From Conidiobolus incongruus B7586 (Eukaryota): 34,927 nucleotides of DNA. This document shows positions 23,691 to 34,927 of the stretch, one piece after another. The translations under genes and the position numbers were made by a program. Position 1 is the first letter of the stretch, and each line of letters begins with the position of its first letter. A model generated the notes under the pieces. The model worked only from the letters and a program-made list of their open reading frames with translations. It was not told the DNA's origin and did no database searches. The stretch is from positions 1 to 34,927 of the forward strand of contig JNEM01013752.1 of NCBI GenBank assembly GCA_000697335.1. Reading direction: 5' to 3'.

Positions 23691-25367
23691 AAAAGATATA
23701 AACCATATATTTGAATCATAATATAAAAAACTAGTTTTTGTATAACTTTCATATTTGAGTTATGCCCCAAATATAAATATTAAATGAAGAATTATTAACA
23801 AAATTTAATTCTAAATCGCAACTCCAAAATCTAGTGATATCCAAATCATTCATTTTGTTATTTGTAGTATTTGTATATAAATTTTATATTAAGTCAAGCG
23901 AAGTGATTTAAATTGAAACTATTTTCATATATATAGACAGTGCAATATTAATAAAATGATGATATAAAATTTTAAAAATTGTTTTCAAATTTGATACTAA
24001 ACTTGACATTATAACCTTAACTTCAACCTTTACTCACCTCATAATACTAAACAATTCTATAATGATTTTAAAATCTAGTTAGTAAAATCACTTCAAAAAC
24101 TCTCATTTTACTTGATTATTAATTATATTGTGATCAATTTTTGTATTTAATATCAGGTGAACTTGAATTATTTGAAAGTAGTCACTATATCAAAAAATGT
24201 GTATTCGCTAAATAGCCAGATTGGGTATATGTTCAGTTTGCAACTAGTGCTGTTGATTGCATGTGGACATCGATAATTAAAAGCCCAGCCTTCACGTTTG
24301 ATTTATCACTCTGTAATTTATCTGATTTGTTATATTTTCTCTAGAAAATAGAATATTATATCAGGTTTTTTAATTATCAAGTAATATTTGTATATTGAAA
24401 TTTATGCCTCTTATAAGATCAGAGTATTCTTTGGTTTAAAGTCTAATTGAAAAGTTTTAATAAATACAGATACCTCTTCCTCTTTGGTACTTTATTAAAC
24501 GACAAAGTAAATATATATTAAGTAATAAAAACCCTTAATTAATAAAAATAATTTGAATTGATTTATCCAATCATGTTAATTACAAAAGTAAGTTTAGAAT
24601 GTGTTTAAATTTATTAATGGAAAAATATATTGATAAGTAAAAAATATATTAATCTCTTTTATTGCTAAGTTAATGTTTTTCTATTGCTTCTCAAAAATGT
24701 ATATAACTTGACTATCGAATACATTTTATCAATATATTTTCAATTTGATGATTTCAATAAATTTTTTAACTGAATTGATCCATTAATTATCTTAATTTTA
24801 CTATTTTATTCGTTAGGTACCAAATTAAATTAAACTTTGGAATTGTTGACAATAAAATTGAAATATTTTCTATCAAAATTTGATAAAATATGTTATCATA
24901 TTTCATTAAATATCATTACTATGCCTTGCTTTTTATATCAAAAATTTAAATATTATTTGATTATGACAAAAATTTTTTTATTATGATTGATTAATTTGTT
25001 TTAAAGATAGAAACCTGTAATGAGTTGAAAATTATGATGCAATCCGTGTTTTAGGAAAACTTTTAATATGTAATAACAATATACTTAAACTTTTTAGTTT
25101 TCATTATCATGGTTTTATCGCTGATATTTTTACAATTAATGATATGTCTTCGAATTATCAGATTTTTTGGTAGAGATAGTAGTTATTAAAGCATATGATC
25201 CTATTCCTTTGAATTATTCAATTTATCCCACAAGGCTTTGCAATTTTAGAATGAGATGATAAAATTTCAATTAATTTAAGATTGTCAAATAAAAAAATCG
25301 ATTTCTTCAATAATCTCAAAAATTTATTTTAAGCAAAATATTATATTAACCAATAATATATAGTTAA

Positions 25368-26606
25368 ATGAAGTTGCAAATAGTTTATATAAGTGTCTTT
25401 TATTCAGCTATCAATTTAGCTCGATCATCAATTCCGGTCATTATTGATACGGATCCAGGTATAGACGACGTTCTAGCTTTATTCAATGGTTTAGCAACTC
25501 CCAAATTGGATATCCGAGCTATAACTCTGGTCAATGGAAATGTAGAGTTAAGACAAGTTGTGAAAAATATAGCAACAATTTTCCATACTGTTGATTTAGA
25601 TACAAAATATCAAACTAAGTTGAATCCCTGTTATAAGGAGCGATATCGTTTCAATTCAATTCCTCAAGTTGCTATTGGAAGTGACAAGCCACTAAATGTA
25701 CCTCCGCCTATTTCATACGATTATTATGGGATTGATGGTCTTGGTAATGTAACAGTGGCTCATCCTGAATTTGTTGATTTGGATTGGGAAAAGAAATTCG
25801 GTCTAGATCATGTTAGTATTAATTCTAATGCTCTTGTTGATCAATCTAAAGAGTTAGAGAAAGATAATCTGTATCAGCAAGAAAGATATCGCGTTAGTCC
25901 CAGAGATGCTGTAGATGAAATATTATATCAGATCAAATCAACACCACCATTCACCTTAACCATTATGGCATTAGGACCATTGACAAATATAGCCAAAGCA
26001 ATTCAAAAGGATCCAGCTACGATGAGTTTAATCAAAGAGCTCGTAATTATGGGGGGTGCTGTGACAGCTCCCGGAAATATTACACCAGATGCTGAATATA
26101 ATTTTTATGTAGACCCTCACGCTGCCAAAATTGTGATTGATGCCAGCTCTGGATACTATCCAAATCAAAAATATGATTTATCTAAATTCAATTCATCCAG
26201 GATTTTACCATTAAAAATTACTTTAGTACCATTAGATGTGACAGAAACTGCAAGATTATACCCCGAAGTAGTTGAAGCCAAACTTCGCAAGGATAGCAGT
26301 CCCGTGAGCATCTTTTTATACAACATGCTTCAATTCGCACTAAATTTAGAAGAATGTGACGAAAACAACGTATGCAAAAAGGGCACCGGACTTCACGATC
26401 CCCTATGCCTCAGCTATATCACTGGATTAGCGCGTGCAAAACGCGAAAAATATTTCAACATCCAAATAGGTGTCGATGGCGATTTGAGAGGAAAATGTAG
26501 AATTAATCAGCCGAACAGTCGCAACCTTGTTAAAGTTGTACTGGGAATTAAACACCCTTTAAAATTGCAAAATTCATTGTTGGATAATATTATTGATAAA
26601 AAATGA
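25368..26606 (+). CDS. Inosine/uridine-preferring nucleoside hydrolase (IUNH family), predicted secreted
   Basis: IIDTDPGIDD Ca2+/ribose motif, VNGN, LGPLTNIA, IMGG, GNITPDAEYNFYVDPHAA, VPLDVT and LHDP. A ~20-aa signal-peptide-like extension precedes the first strand. Confidence 0.93.
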   Translation: MKLQIVYISVFYSAINLARSSIPVIIDTDPGIDDVLALFNGLATPKLDIRAITLVNGNVELRQVVKNIATIFHTVDLDTKYQTKLNPCYKERYRFNSIPQVAIGSDKPLNVPPPISYDYYGIDGLGNVTVAHPEFVDLDWEKKFGLDHVSINSNALVDQSKELEKDNLYQQERYRVSPRDAVDEILYQIKSTPPFTLTIMALGPLTNIAKAIQKDPATMSLIKELVIMGGAVTAPGNITPDAEYNFYVDPHAAKIVIDASSGYYPNQKYDLSKFNSSRILPLKITLVPLDVTETARLYPEVVEAKLRKDSSPVSIFLYNMLQFALNLEECDENNVCKKGTGLHDPLCLSYITGLARAKREKYFNIQIGVDGDLRGKCRINQPNSRNLVKVVLGIKHPLKLQNSLLDNIIDKK

Positions 26607-28387
26607 TATTTAATATACATGAATGAAAGTTGGTTATTTATTCCAAAATAAATGTTATTAATGAAGGTATTATATCATACACAATATTTTGAATTAAATA
26701 TAATTAATATTCTCTAGAAATTATTATTTATAAATAATTATTAATTGACTTTTTTCAATATTATATTAGCAAATTTTTATTAACAATTCAACATAATATA
26801 ATATCAATTTATGCAATACTCATATAAGTAATAAAATCATCTACTATATACTGTTAATTGATATAAAACTTTATTTAGTATTACATCAATATTCCTTAAA
26901 AATCTATGAGAGTAATGTTTTTCTTGATCTATATAATTGATATAGAGTATTGTAATAAATGAATAGAGAATACTTTTATAAGAGCTTATTAAAACTGTAA
27001 TATTTTCAAATTAATAACGTTAGTTATATTAAAATATTGAGTTTGCATTATATATATTCAAAAATTTTATTTAACCAATAAAAATTAGTAAAAAATATCA
27101 AAATAGTTATTTAGGTTATAAGTAAAATAAGGTATTTAATATGTCTAACTAAAAATTATATTTTGTTATAAAATCAAACCATTTAACTAAGCTTTCGAAA
27201 ACTTCTTATTTCATATAATCAACTGTTTTTAATCTCGTGACTTTTGTTGGGTATTTTGGTATGTAAGTTAAATTAATAGTGGAGAACATTGATGAAAATT
27301 ATTAGATTATTTTTGGTAAAAAACCGTCAATTATTTGATATTATTAAAAATATTTTAGGTTGACTTGCAAATTTAAATAGATTAGAAGGGTTATATTCGC
27401 TTCTACAGGGATGTGAAAACATCTCACTTCTTCAATGATATCGGACTTTAGGTCTTCTCAGACATTTATAGTAACTTAAATATTATTTAGTTATTTTAAC
27501 TGTGGCAGTCAAACTATTTAAGAACATTATTAAACAATAATATATGCGGCCAAAAATAAAAAAATTAACTCAATATTAATTTTTCTGATTATATTTTCTA
27601 TTCAAAATATTGACACTTAAAGTTTTAATAATTAATATTGAATAAATAATATGAAATTTGTTTGAAAACTTTGAAATATTTACAGTTTCAAATTATAGAA
27701 TAACTTTTGGTAGAATTAGGCCAGATTGTTAAAATAATTAAAACAGATTTATTAATATATCTATGTTTATAAAAATGTAAAACGGTGCCAAGTAATATAT
27801 AACAACAATCTAATATATTTTATCACTCATTATTTTAAAATAGTCTAAAATTTCTTTCATTGTATTGAATTCTACCTAATTTAGATGAACTCAATGTATT
27901 TCAGAGTTGAAAAATACAACCCATAAACTGGTCTTGATTTTCATCTCAAAAATCCCGAAGGTTCCATAATATCTGGTATATTAGACTTCTAAAATCTGCT
28001 TAAATCAAGATTATAATTCCCCTTTGATTGGGGTTTCAAAATTGTTTTTAATGAAATTAAGGGGATAATATATGCAGAGTAATAAGAGGTTAATCGAATG
28101 AACTCCAATTCGAAGTTTTGGGCTGGATTCAAATTTAGTTTAATCATGGATTCAGGGATCTTAACAACAAATTGGCCAATAATCTTGAAAATATTTGGGA
28201 GAGTGAAATGGAAAAATAGTTTAACTAGTATATAAAGATTTAATAGATGCTGTGAATACATATTGGACTATAAAATTTTATACAGTTATTTCACTTTGAC
28301 ATTAGTTCAAAATAGTTTTGATTTATTTAATTTGAACATATATCACTGATAGCTTTGACATAATACCAATTTATTCTAGCAGTTAAA

Positions 28388-29578
28388 ATGGTTTGCGAAA
28401 TAGTTCCAGTCATTATCGATACTGACCCAGGTTGTGATGATGTGTTAGCACTTTTGAATTGCTTAGCATCTCCAAACCTTGATATTCGTGCTATTACCGT
28501 CACTTTTGGAAACGTTAACTTGAGGAAGGCTACGAGGAATCTTGCTTCAATGTTTCACACCATCACCCTGGATAAGGAATATCACACCAGCTTGAATCCC
28601 AACTATCAAGATCGCTTTCAATGGAATTCTATCCCTGTCGTTGCTCTCGGAAGTGAAGCACCTCTTCATATCGCACACATCGATGCCGAAAATTTCCACG
28701 GACTTGACGGTATTGGTAACGTCACTACAAGTCATCCACAATATGTAGATAAGTACTGGTTCAAGAAATTTGGTCTCGAACCCCTGGAAGAAGAAATAAA
28801 ATTTGAAATCAAGGAGGAACAGAAAATGGACAAGAACCATGCTGAAGGTCATCCCAGATTTGAGGTGAGCCCCAGAGATGCTGCTGATGAAATTTTGTGT
28901 CAGATCAAATCCGTTCCCCCATTCACTATGACAGTGATCGCCCTTGGACCATTGACAAATGTTGCTAAAGCCATTGAAAAGGATCCATATACTATGGGCT
29001 TGATCAAACAGCTCGTAATCATGGGTGGTGCTGTCACAACGAGAGGTAATGTTACTCCATTTGCTGAATTTAACTTTTATGGAGATCCCCACGCTGCTAA
29101 AATTGTCATGGATGCAAGCGCTGGATTTGACCCCAAGCAACCCAGAAATGCTAATCTGACAGATTCCACTCAACCTCTCCCTCTCCCCATCTGCTTAGTT
29201 CCATTAGACGTTACAGAATCCGCCAGACTATTCCCAGAAGTGGTTGATGCTAAAATCGCGAAAGACGAGAGTCCAGTTGGCAAAATGCTTTACAATATGC
29301 TCCAATACCCCATCAGCCTAATTGAATTAAATGACAACGACATCTGCACGGGAGGTATGGGACTGCACGATCCACTCTGTGTCAGCTTCGTGACAAGTTT
29401 AGCCGAAGTTGAGCATGAGCAATTTTTCAATATTACCATTATCGAGGAGGGAGAACAAGCTGGTAAATGCTCTGTCGACCAGCCCAACACCAATAACAAT
29501 GTCAAAGTTATCCTCAAAGCTAAGAACCCTCTTAAATTCCAACACTTTTTGTTAAATAATATTATGGATCCAAAATAA
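28388..29578 (+). CDS. Inosine/uridine-preferring nucleoside hydrolase (IUNH family, Urh1-like), cytosolic type
   Basis: IIDTDPGCDD, TFGN, FHGLDG, LGPLTNVA, GNVTPFAEFNFYGDPHAA, VPLDVT and LHDP. No N-terminal extension. Confidence 0.95.
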   Translation: MVCEIVPVIIDTDPGCDDVLALLNCLASPNLDIRAITVTFGNVNLRKATRNLASMFHTITLDKEYHTSLNPNYQDRFQWNSIPVVALGSEAPLHIAHIDAENFHGLDGIGNVTTSHPQYVDKYWFKKFGLEPLEEEIKFEIKEEQKMDKNHAEGHPRFEVSPRDAADEILCQIKSVPPFTMTVIALGPLTNVAKAIEKDPYTMGLIKQLVIMGGAVTTRGNVTPFAEFNFYGDPHAAKIVMDASAGFDPKQPRNANLTDSTQPLPLPICLVPLDVTESARLFPEVVDAKIAKDESPVGKMLYNMLQYPISLIELNDNDICTGGMGLHDPLCVSFVTSLAEVEHEQFFNITIIEEGEQAGKCSVDQPNTNNNVKVILKAKNPLKFQHFLLNNIMDPK

Positions 29579-30525
29579 TCGTAACTTGATTAATATTCAT
29601 CAATTATGAAAATAAAATTAGTGGTAAATTTAATAATCTTATTAAGTACTAATTATTATGGATAATTGCTATTAATAAATGTGTAATCATTATAAATTCG
29701 TGTGAAAATCCAATTCATTTCCTTATATATTTTTATAAGAGTTTCAATTTTATATTACTATTATTAAAATATCAAAATATTTAAATTAGGAATAGCATGA
29801 ATTAATATATATATATATTTCAATGATTACTTTGCAAAGATTTAGATTCTTCAAAAGTATTTTGATTATTATTGTATTTCAAAAATGTTTAATTATATTA
29901 AATATGTTTTCATATTAAAAAGTAGGTCAAATTAATCATAAATCAAATTATATATTTTGAAATCTATTCAAATAATTTTTTAATTATATTAATAGAGTCA
30001 ATATAATTCATTAATTTTATAAATGAAAAAATCAGTATTCTGTTTATAAAAATTAAAATAATATTTTTAAAGTTAATCTTAAATTTAAGACAAAATTATA
30101 GAGTATCAATTCTAATAATTTTAATGGAATTATAAGAAAATAGATTAAATTGATTTTTCATAATGTTTGAATATTAAACAAATATCGTTTTTGAAATAAG
30201 AATAATTTAAATTGATAATTTTTATGCTAATAGTTTAGTGCTTGGAAATTAGAACACATATTATAAATTTATTATCAGTATCTAAAAGATTAATTATATT
30301 TTTATATACTATTAATTTAATAGTTTATTTAATCAAAATTGATTTATTAGTTTTTTGTTTTATTTTGTCTGGAATTAAAATAAGTAGAGTTTTAATATAT
30401 ATAAAATATATGAATGAATTTAATTATTTATTTAATTAGAATACTCTCAAAGAAAATATATAAAGTAAAATATAGAAAATATAAAAAAGAAATGAGTATA
30501 AAGATAAATAATAAGAAAAAAGAAT

Positions 30526-30606
30526 CGACAAGAGCAGGATTTGAACCTACGCGGGAAATCCCATGTGCTTTCTAGGCACACGCCTTAACCACTCGGCCAT
30601 CTTGTC
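30526..30606 (-). tRNA. tRNA-Ser(AGA)
   Basis: 81 nt on the minus strand. Acceptor GACAAGA/TCTTGTC, anticodon arm TGTGC-CTAGAAA-GCACA, long variable arm GGGATTTCCC, discriminator G. Confidence 0.95.
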
Positions 30607-31478
30607 TTAAATTTAAGATTTAGGAAATTAAATTTATATATGAAAAATATTTTTTAACTGAGTTTTTTTATGAATTTAAAATGCTAATAATTATATAATA
30701 ATTTTTTTTTAAACCCATTATACTTTTATTAATATCAATATTTTTCATTTAATAAAATAAAATTTTTCTCCTTTTTTAAACTTTTTGCATTATATTTTTT
30801 TTATTCTTTTATTATAATCTATATATATCATCAACTAATGCGTTAAATGTGAAATTTTATGTTAAATTTAAAACCCTTAATAACTAACAAAAAAACTCAA
30901 TGCTTATAATAAAATATTGGATTTATCACCAATATACAACAAACTCTAAATTATTAATAAAATCATAATCTAAAAAGTATAAATTAATTTTTCATCATTT
31001 CTATTAAAATAAGTCAATATTAATTCATAAAACTTGAAAATAAATTGATGTTGAGGCTGATGACAATCTATTGATTAAATTCAACAATACTTGAAATTGG
31101 GGTACCATAAATTTAGAAATTTGTAATTGCTAAATTATTACTCTTTTCTTCTTTAAAAAAATTGATAATATAATTTTTATAACGATTTAATAATATATTT
31201 TAAAATTATTGAGTGATTAATAGTTTGTTATTTTTAATTTAACTGAGAAAAAAAGAGAGAGAGTACATTTAAACTTAAGATTAAAAAAATCTAAGTCATT
31301 AATGTTGTTGATTAGAAATTCCAATAGGTCTTTTATTAATTAGCTAACCTGGATTTTTCTTATATTAATATCTTATATTTGTTATAATTATCTATTAGTT
31401 TTGGTAGGTCAATACAATTTCTAACATACGTCAAACCTTTAATTAAAATTCTAGATAACTGAAAATTAAAGTCACAAT

Positions 31479-31985
31479 ATGTTACTCAAATTCAATTCCT
31501 TAAGGTCGAACAGTTACCACAAAATGCGAGAAAACGACAGCGAGTTCCTCATCACCGAGGAGGACCGCACTACCAACCAATTCGAATTAAACGATTTTAA
31601 CACCAGCAGCAACAATTACATTAATTATAACGACCAGTTGACTGAATCCCAACTCCAGTATGAGGATAAATATATCAGAATTGATCACAATATGATAGAG
31701 TTGAAACATTACTACTTCCCTACCGGCAATAGTAAAATGATACCCATTAAAGAAATTCTGGATATAACCACACCGGAGGCAATGGGTGTTCCGTGGTGGG
31801 ATGTGATGATTTGGGGTAGAGGAATTCATAATATTTGGTGGGCTAAGGATTCTAACAGAGATCAAGGTAGATGCTCCAACACTATTTGTCTAAAGCAGAG
31901 GGGCGAAAAATGTATCAAAGCGTGTTCCGCTCTCGATCGCGAACGGGTTTTGAGAATTGTGAGATTTAGGCTAAATCTGAATTAA
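31479..31985 (+). CDS. Hypothetical protein with a C-terminal beta-rich (possibly PH-like) domain
   Basis: 168 aa, GC-richer than the flanks. Low-complexity N-terminus, then YEDKYIRI...HYYFP...K.IPIKEI...WGRG...IWWAKD..R. The true start could be the second Met (MRENDS). Confidence 0.75.
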   Translation: MLLKFNSLRSNSYHKMRENDSEFLITEEDRTTNQFELNDFNTSSNNYINYNDQLTESQLQYEDKYIRIDHNMIELKHYYFPTGNSKMIPIKEILDITTPEAMGVPWWDVMIWGRGIHNIWWAKDSNRDQGRCSNTICLKQRGEKCIKACSALDRERVLRIVRFRLNLN

Positions 31986-32794
31986 TAAATATTCGTGACT
32001 TTTATTATTTATAGATATTGAACAATTGGTTATAGATAATTTTCTTCTATATTGTAACTAATTTTTAAATTTATATTATATTTCCAATTTCAATTTGTCC
32101 TATCTATTAATAATATATCAATATTTACTCATTAATGACTGTAATTACTTGGAATTAAAATTTAAAATCTAATATGATTATTCTAATTAAAATGGTAAAC
32201 CCTGGTTTATAGGTATTAAGTATTATAACTTAATCACAAATTTATAATTCATACTATATTATTATCAATATATTGATTTTACAAATTTCAAATTATTAAA
32301 TTATAAAAAATTTGAGTAAATTTATCAAATTAATAGTTCTAAATTATTTTGAGTTATAGTCATGGAGATTGAATATTAAGTCAACTTATTTGATGGATTA
32401 AAATGTCATTTATTTGCTCGAATATATTTGATATGAATTTTATAATTAATTGAATTAATTATCTAGTGATTGAAGCCCTGTATATGTTATTAACATTTTC
32501 AAGTCAATATTCTAGTCTAATTCACATCAATCAGCTTAATATCATAATAAGTTCTGTGATTTTATCAACTGATTTTTATTATTAACAAAATTATTTATAT
32601 GATATTGGTTTGTACACCTTTTTTTTCAAATATATCCTTGCATAATTTTTGTTTATAAAGCAATCTGGTAATTTAAATTTATTTTATTGTTTCATTAATA
32701 TATAGTTTTAGGTTATATATCAAGTTTCATGATATGAAATTATACTAAGTATATTTTTTAAATAATTTTTACATAATGCTAAGTTTAAAGTGAA

Positions 32795-33134
32795 TGTTAG
32801 TTATTAAAACTACTTGAGAAAGTTATGTCCGGATTAGTTTATTTGAATGAGAGAGATCTAGGGAATTTCAGGCAACTGTTGATAAGGTAGAGGGTTAATT
32901 GATTTAAGTAAGATAGCTGGGAGGACCAAGATCAAGCTCGTTTGTTTAAAGATAGCTCTGATTTCGAATTGTATACAGGGTGAGTTGGGTAAGGTGATTT
33001 ATGAGATTCTCCAGTGGCTTGTGTCGTCAGCCAATTAAAAGATAGAGGAGAGAGCTGATATATGATGGTGGAATGATTTTTCTATTAGGTTGATGTAAGT
33101 ATACTTGGTAAGGAAGGAATCACCTGACTCAACA
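32795..33134 (-). mobile_element. Possible degenerate LTR fragment
   Basis: Non-coding island of ~340 bp, purine- and GC-richer than the flanks, ending in TCAACA (TGTTGA on minus). Minus-strand AATAAAC near 32837-43 and a candidate TGTTA start at 32795. No convincing TSD. Confidence 0.35.
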
Positions 33135-33637
33135 AAATATTTGAAAAATAAGATATTTTATTACTATCCTCCAAAAGATAACAATATATTCTAATTTATT
33201 AACGTAAATTTAACAAATATGTGTATGAGTAACTTGTTTAATTATGATAAACTTAATGTTTTGTAATATAACAACCTATAGTTTGGTTCAATTGAATTAT
33301 TGCATAGATAATAGTTAATATATTTATTTCATTCTCTTAACTATTCTGTTTATTCTGGATTGATTCTTATTCCTTAAAATGTTATATTTTTTGATAAAAA
33401 GTTAATATAAGTTGATTTTAAAAATATTATTGCTTTTTTTAAATTGAATCAATTTATTATATAGATAAAATATATATTATATGATCATACAGGCAATATT
33501 ATTAATATTTAAAATGAAATATTTATTTTTATAAATAAATTTAAATGAAATTTATAATTGATTATATTTATCTAAAATTATTTAATTAAGTTTTAAAATT
33601 TAAATTATCTTTTTTAAAATCACTTATATTTTATTTA

Positions 33638-34924
33638 TTACTTTGTAATTTAAATAATAAGAATTTTTTATAATTGAAAAAAATAAACATTATAATATAT
33701 AAAAAATAAAAATAAATATACAATATAAAATTAATAATTTCTTTTATTTTTAACAAAGATTTATTTAAAAAATAAATCTTTTTATTAAAGACTGAAATTT
33801 CATATTTTATAAATTAATTAAATTTTGCTATAGAAATTTTCTTTCCTATAAGCTAGTTTTTTAATTGCTTAATATAATTATAATTATATAAGTTATAATC
33901 TAAAGAATATATTAGATATAGTAGTTTTTTCAACTTATTTTTAATTAGAAAGATTTTTATAACTTTAAATTAATATATTTTATAATTATCATATAAAATA
34001 ATAAGTTTTCTTAAATTATATTGAGCATACTAATTAAAAATAATTTTATTCAAAAAAGAAATATAAAGTTTACTATTAATTAATTTTCTTTTAAGAATTA
34101 AATAAAAATAACATATATTATTATTATTTATTATAATAATTAACATTTACTTATCAATAAAATATTTATTTTAAAAAATTTATAAAAAATGTTAATTTAA
34201 CTTAATTTAACATTTAGATTTATATTTTAATAAAAGATTATACAAAAAGATTTATAATTCATTAATTATAATAATTCACTATAAAAACCTTGGTTTTTAA
34301 TTATACTATAGTAAGTTTTATTTAATAATAGCTATTTTAACTTTTTTTAAGCTTTAATTAAATTATAAAGTATTTATTTTATATTTTTATTAATTAATTT
34401 TAATTTAAACTTTAATATATATAAAATACTTATATAATTAATATTAAAATATTTTGATAATTCTTTAGCTGAAATAAAAAACACTTTTTAATATATTTTT
34501 TTCTTTATTAATAATTAGAAGAGTAATTGTTGAAATTAATTTTTTAAATTTTAATATGTTTTAAATAATTTCTTTCTTAACTTTAAAAAAGTCTACCTAG
34601 TAATAAATTATTGATTTAAATAATACTTTAATATTAAAAGCTGCTTATAAATTTTAAATGATTTTAGAGGGTTTATGGTTAAGTTTTACTAATACTAAAA
34701 TAAAAAACTTTTCATGGTTACTATTTAATATAAGTATAATTAAATTAAACAACTAATTTTAAAAAATTATACTTTTAATCAAAAAAGTTATTATATATAT
34801 ATATATATAATTTAAAACTATTTATTCTCTTATTTATTTTGTATATATTTTTTTATTTGAAATTAATAATATGTTTAAAAAATCAGAAATTAAAAAATTT
34901 CTTATTTTTTTAATTCTATAGTAA
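33638..34924 (-). mobile_element. Mariner transposon relic, copy 2 (inverted, more degraded)
   Basis: The reverse complement aligns by eye along copy 1 (e.g. gtaaaacttaaccataaaccctctaaaat is shared). Both TIRs and flanking TA are present (33636-37, 34925-26). The transposase region spans about 33731-34737, with ATG changed to ATA and a short deletion near the 3' end. Confidence 0.9.
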
Positions 34925-34927
34925 TAA

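Noticed and set aside
27989..28261. 90-aa minus-strand ORF (also 30242..30439, 17636..17833, 9840..10034, 5319..5555)
   Set aside because: No motifs; composition is consistent with random AT-rich or LTR sequence.
28547..29517. Antisense ORFs of 208 aa and 75 aa (likewise 18364..18666, 7425..7616, 7854..8045, 16821..17015, 23203..23461, 31587..31865)
   Set aside because: Shadow frames of real genes or pseudogenes with no recognisable motifs.
30526..30606. tRNA-Leu(TAG) or a suppressor reading of the anticodon loop
   Set aside because: Loop CTAGAAA places AGA at positions 34-36; the G discriminator and variable arm fit an ordinary tRNA-Ser.

Overview
Very AT-rich eukaryotic genomic DNA with short (47-63 nt) GT-AG introns. 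It is probably fungal, and an early-diverging lineage is plausible, but the taxon is my inference. Intact genes: a secreted/GPI-type HEXXH metalloprotease, a 9-exon MO25/Hym1 homologue missed by the ORF track, a small Cys-rich GPI-type protein, a two-exon membrane protein of unknown function, two inosine/uridine-preferring nucleoside hydrolases (one with a signal peptide) and a small hypothetical protein. There are also two nucleoside hydrolase pseudogenes and five tRNA genes (3x Arg-ACG, Glu-TTC, Ser-AGA). The most striking structure is a tRNA-targeted LTR-retrotransposon footprint: three solo LTRs with 5-bp target-site duplications, at two tRNA genes, where the tRNA-proximal LTR ends exactly 10 bp upstream of the mature tRNA. 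At tRNA-Arg two diverged LTRs are stacked in opposite orientation with the same ATCTG duplication present three times, and both carry a codon-conserved 68-codon ORF that runs off the LTR 3' end. Two near full-length, inverted DD34D mariner relics bracket the window and show heavy C>T/G>A (RIP-like) decay.
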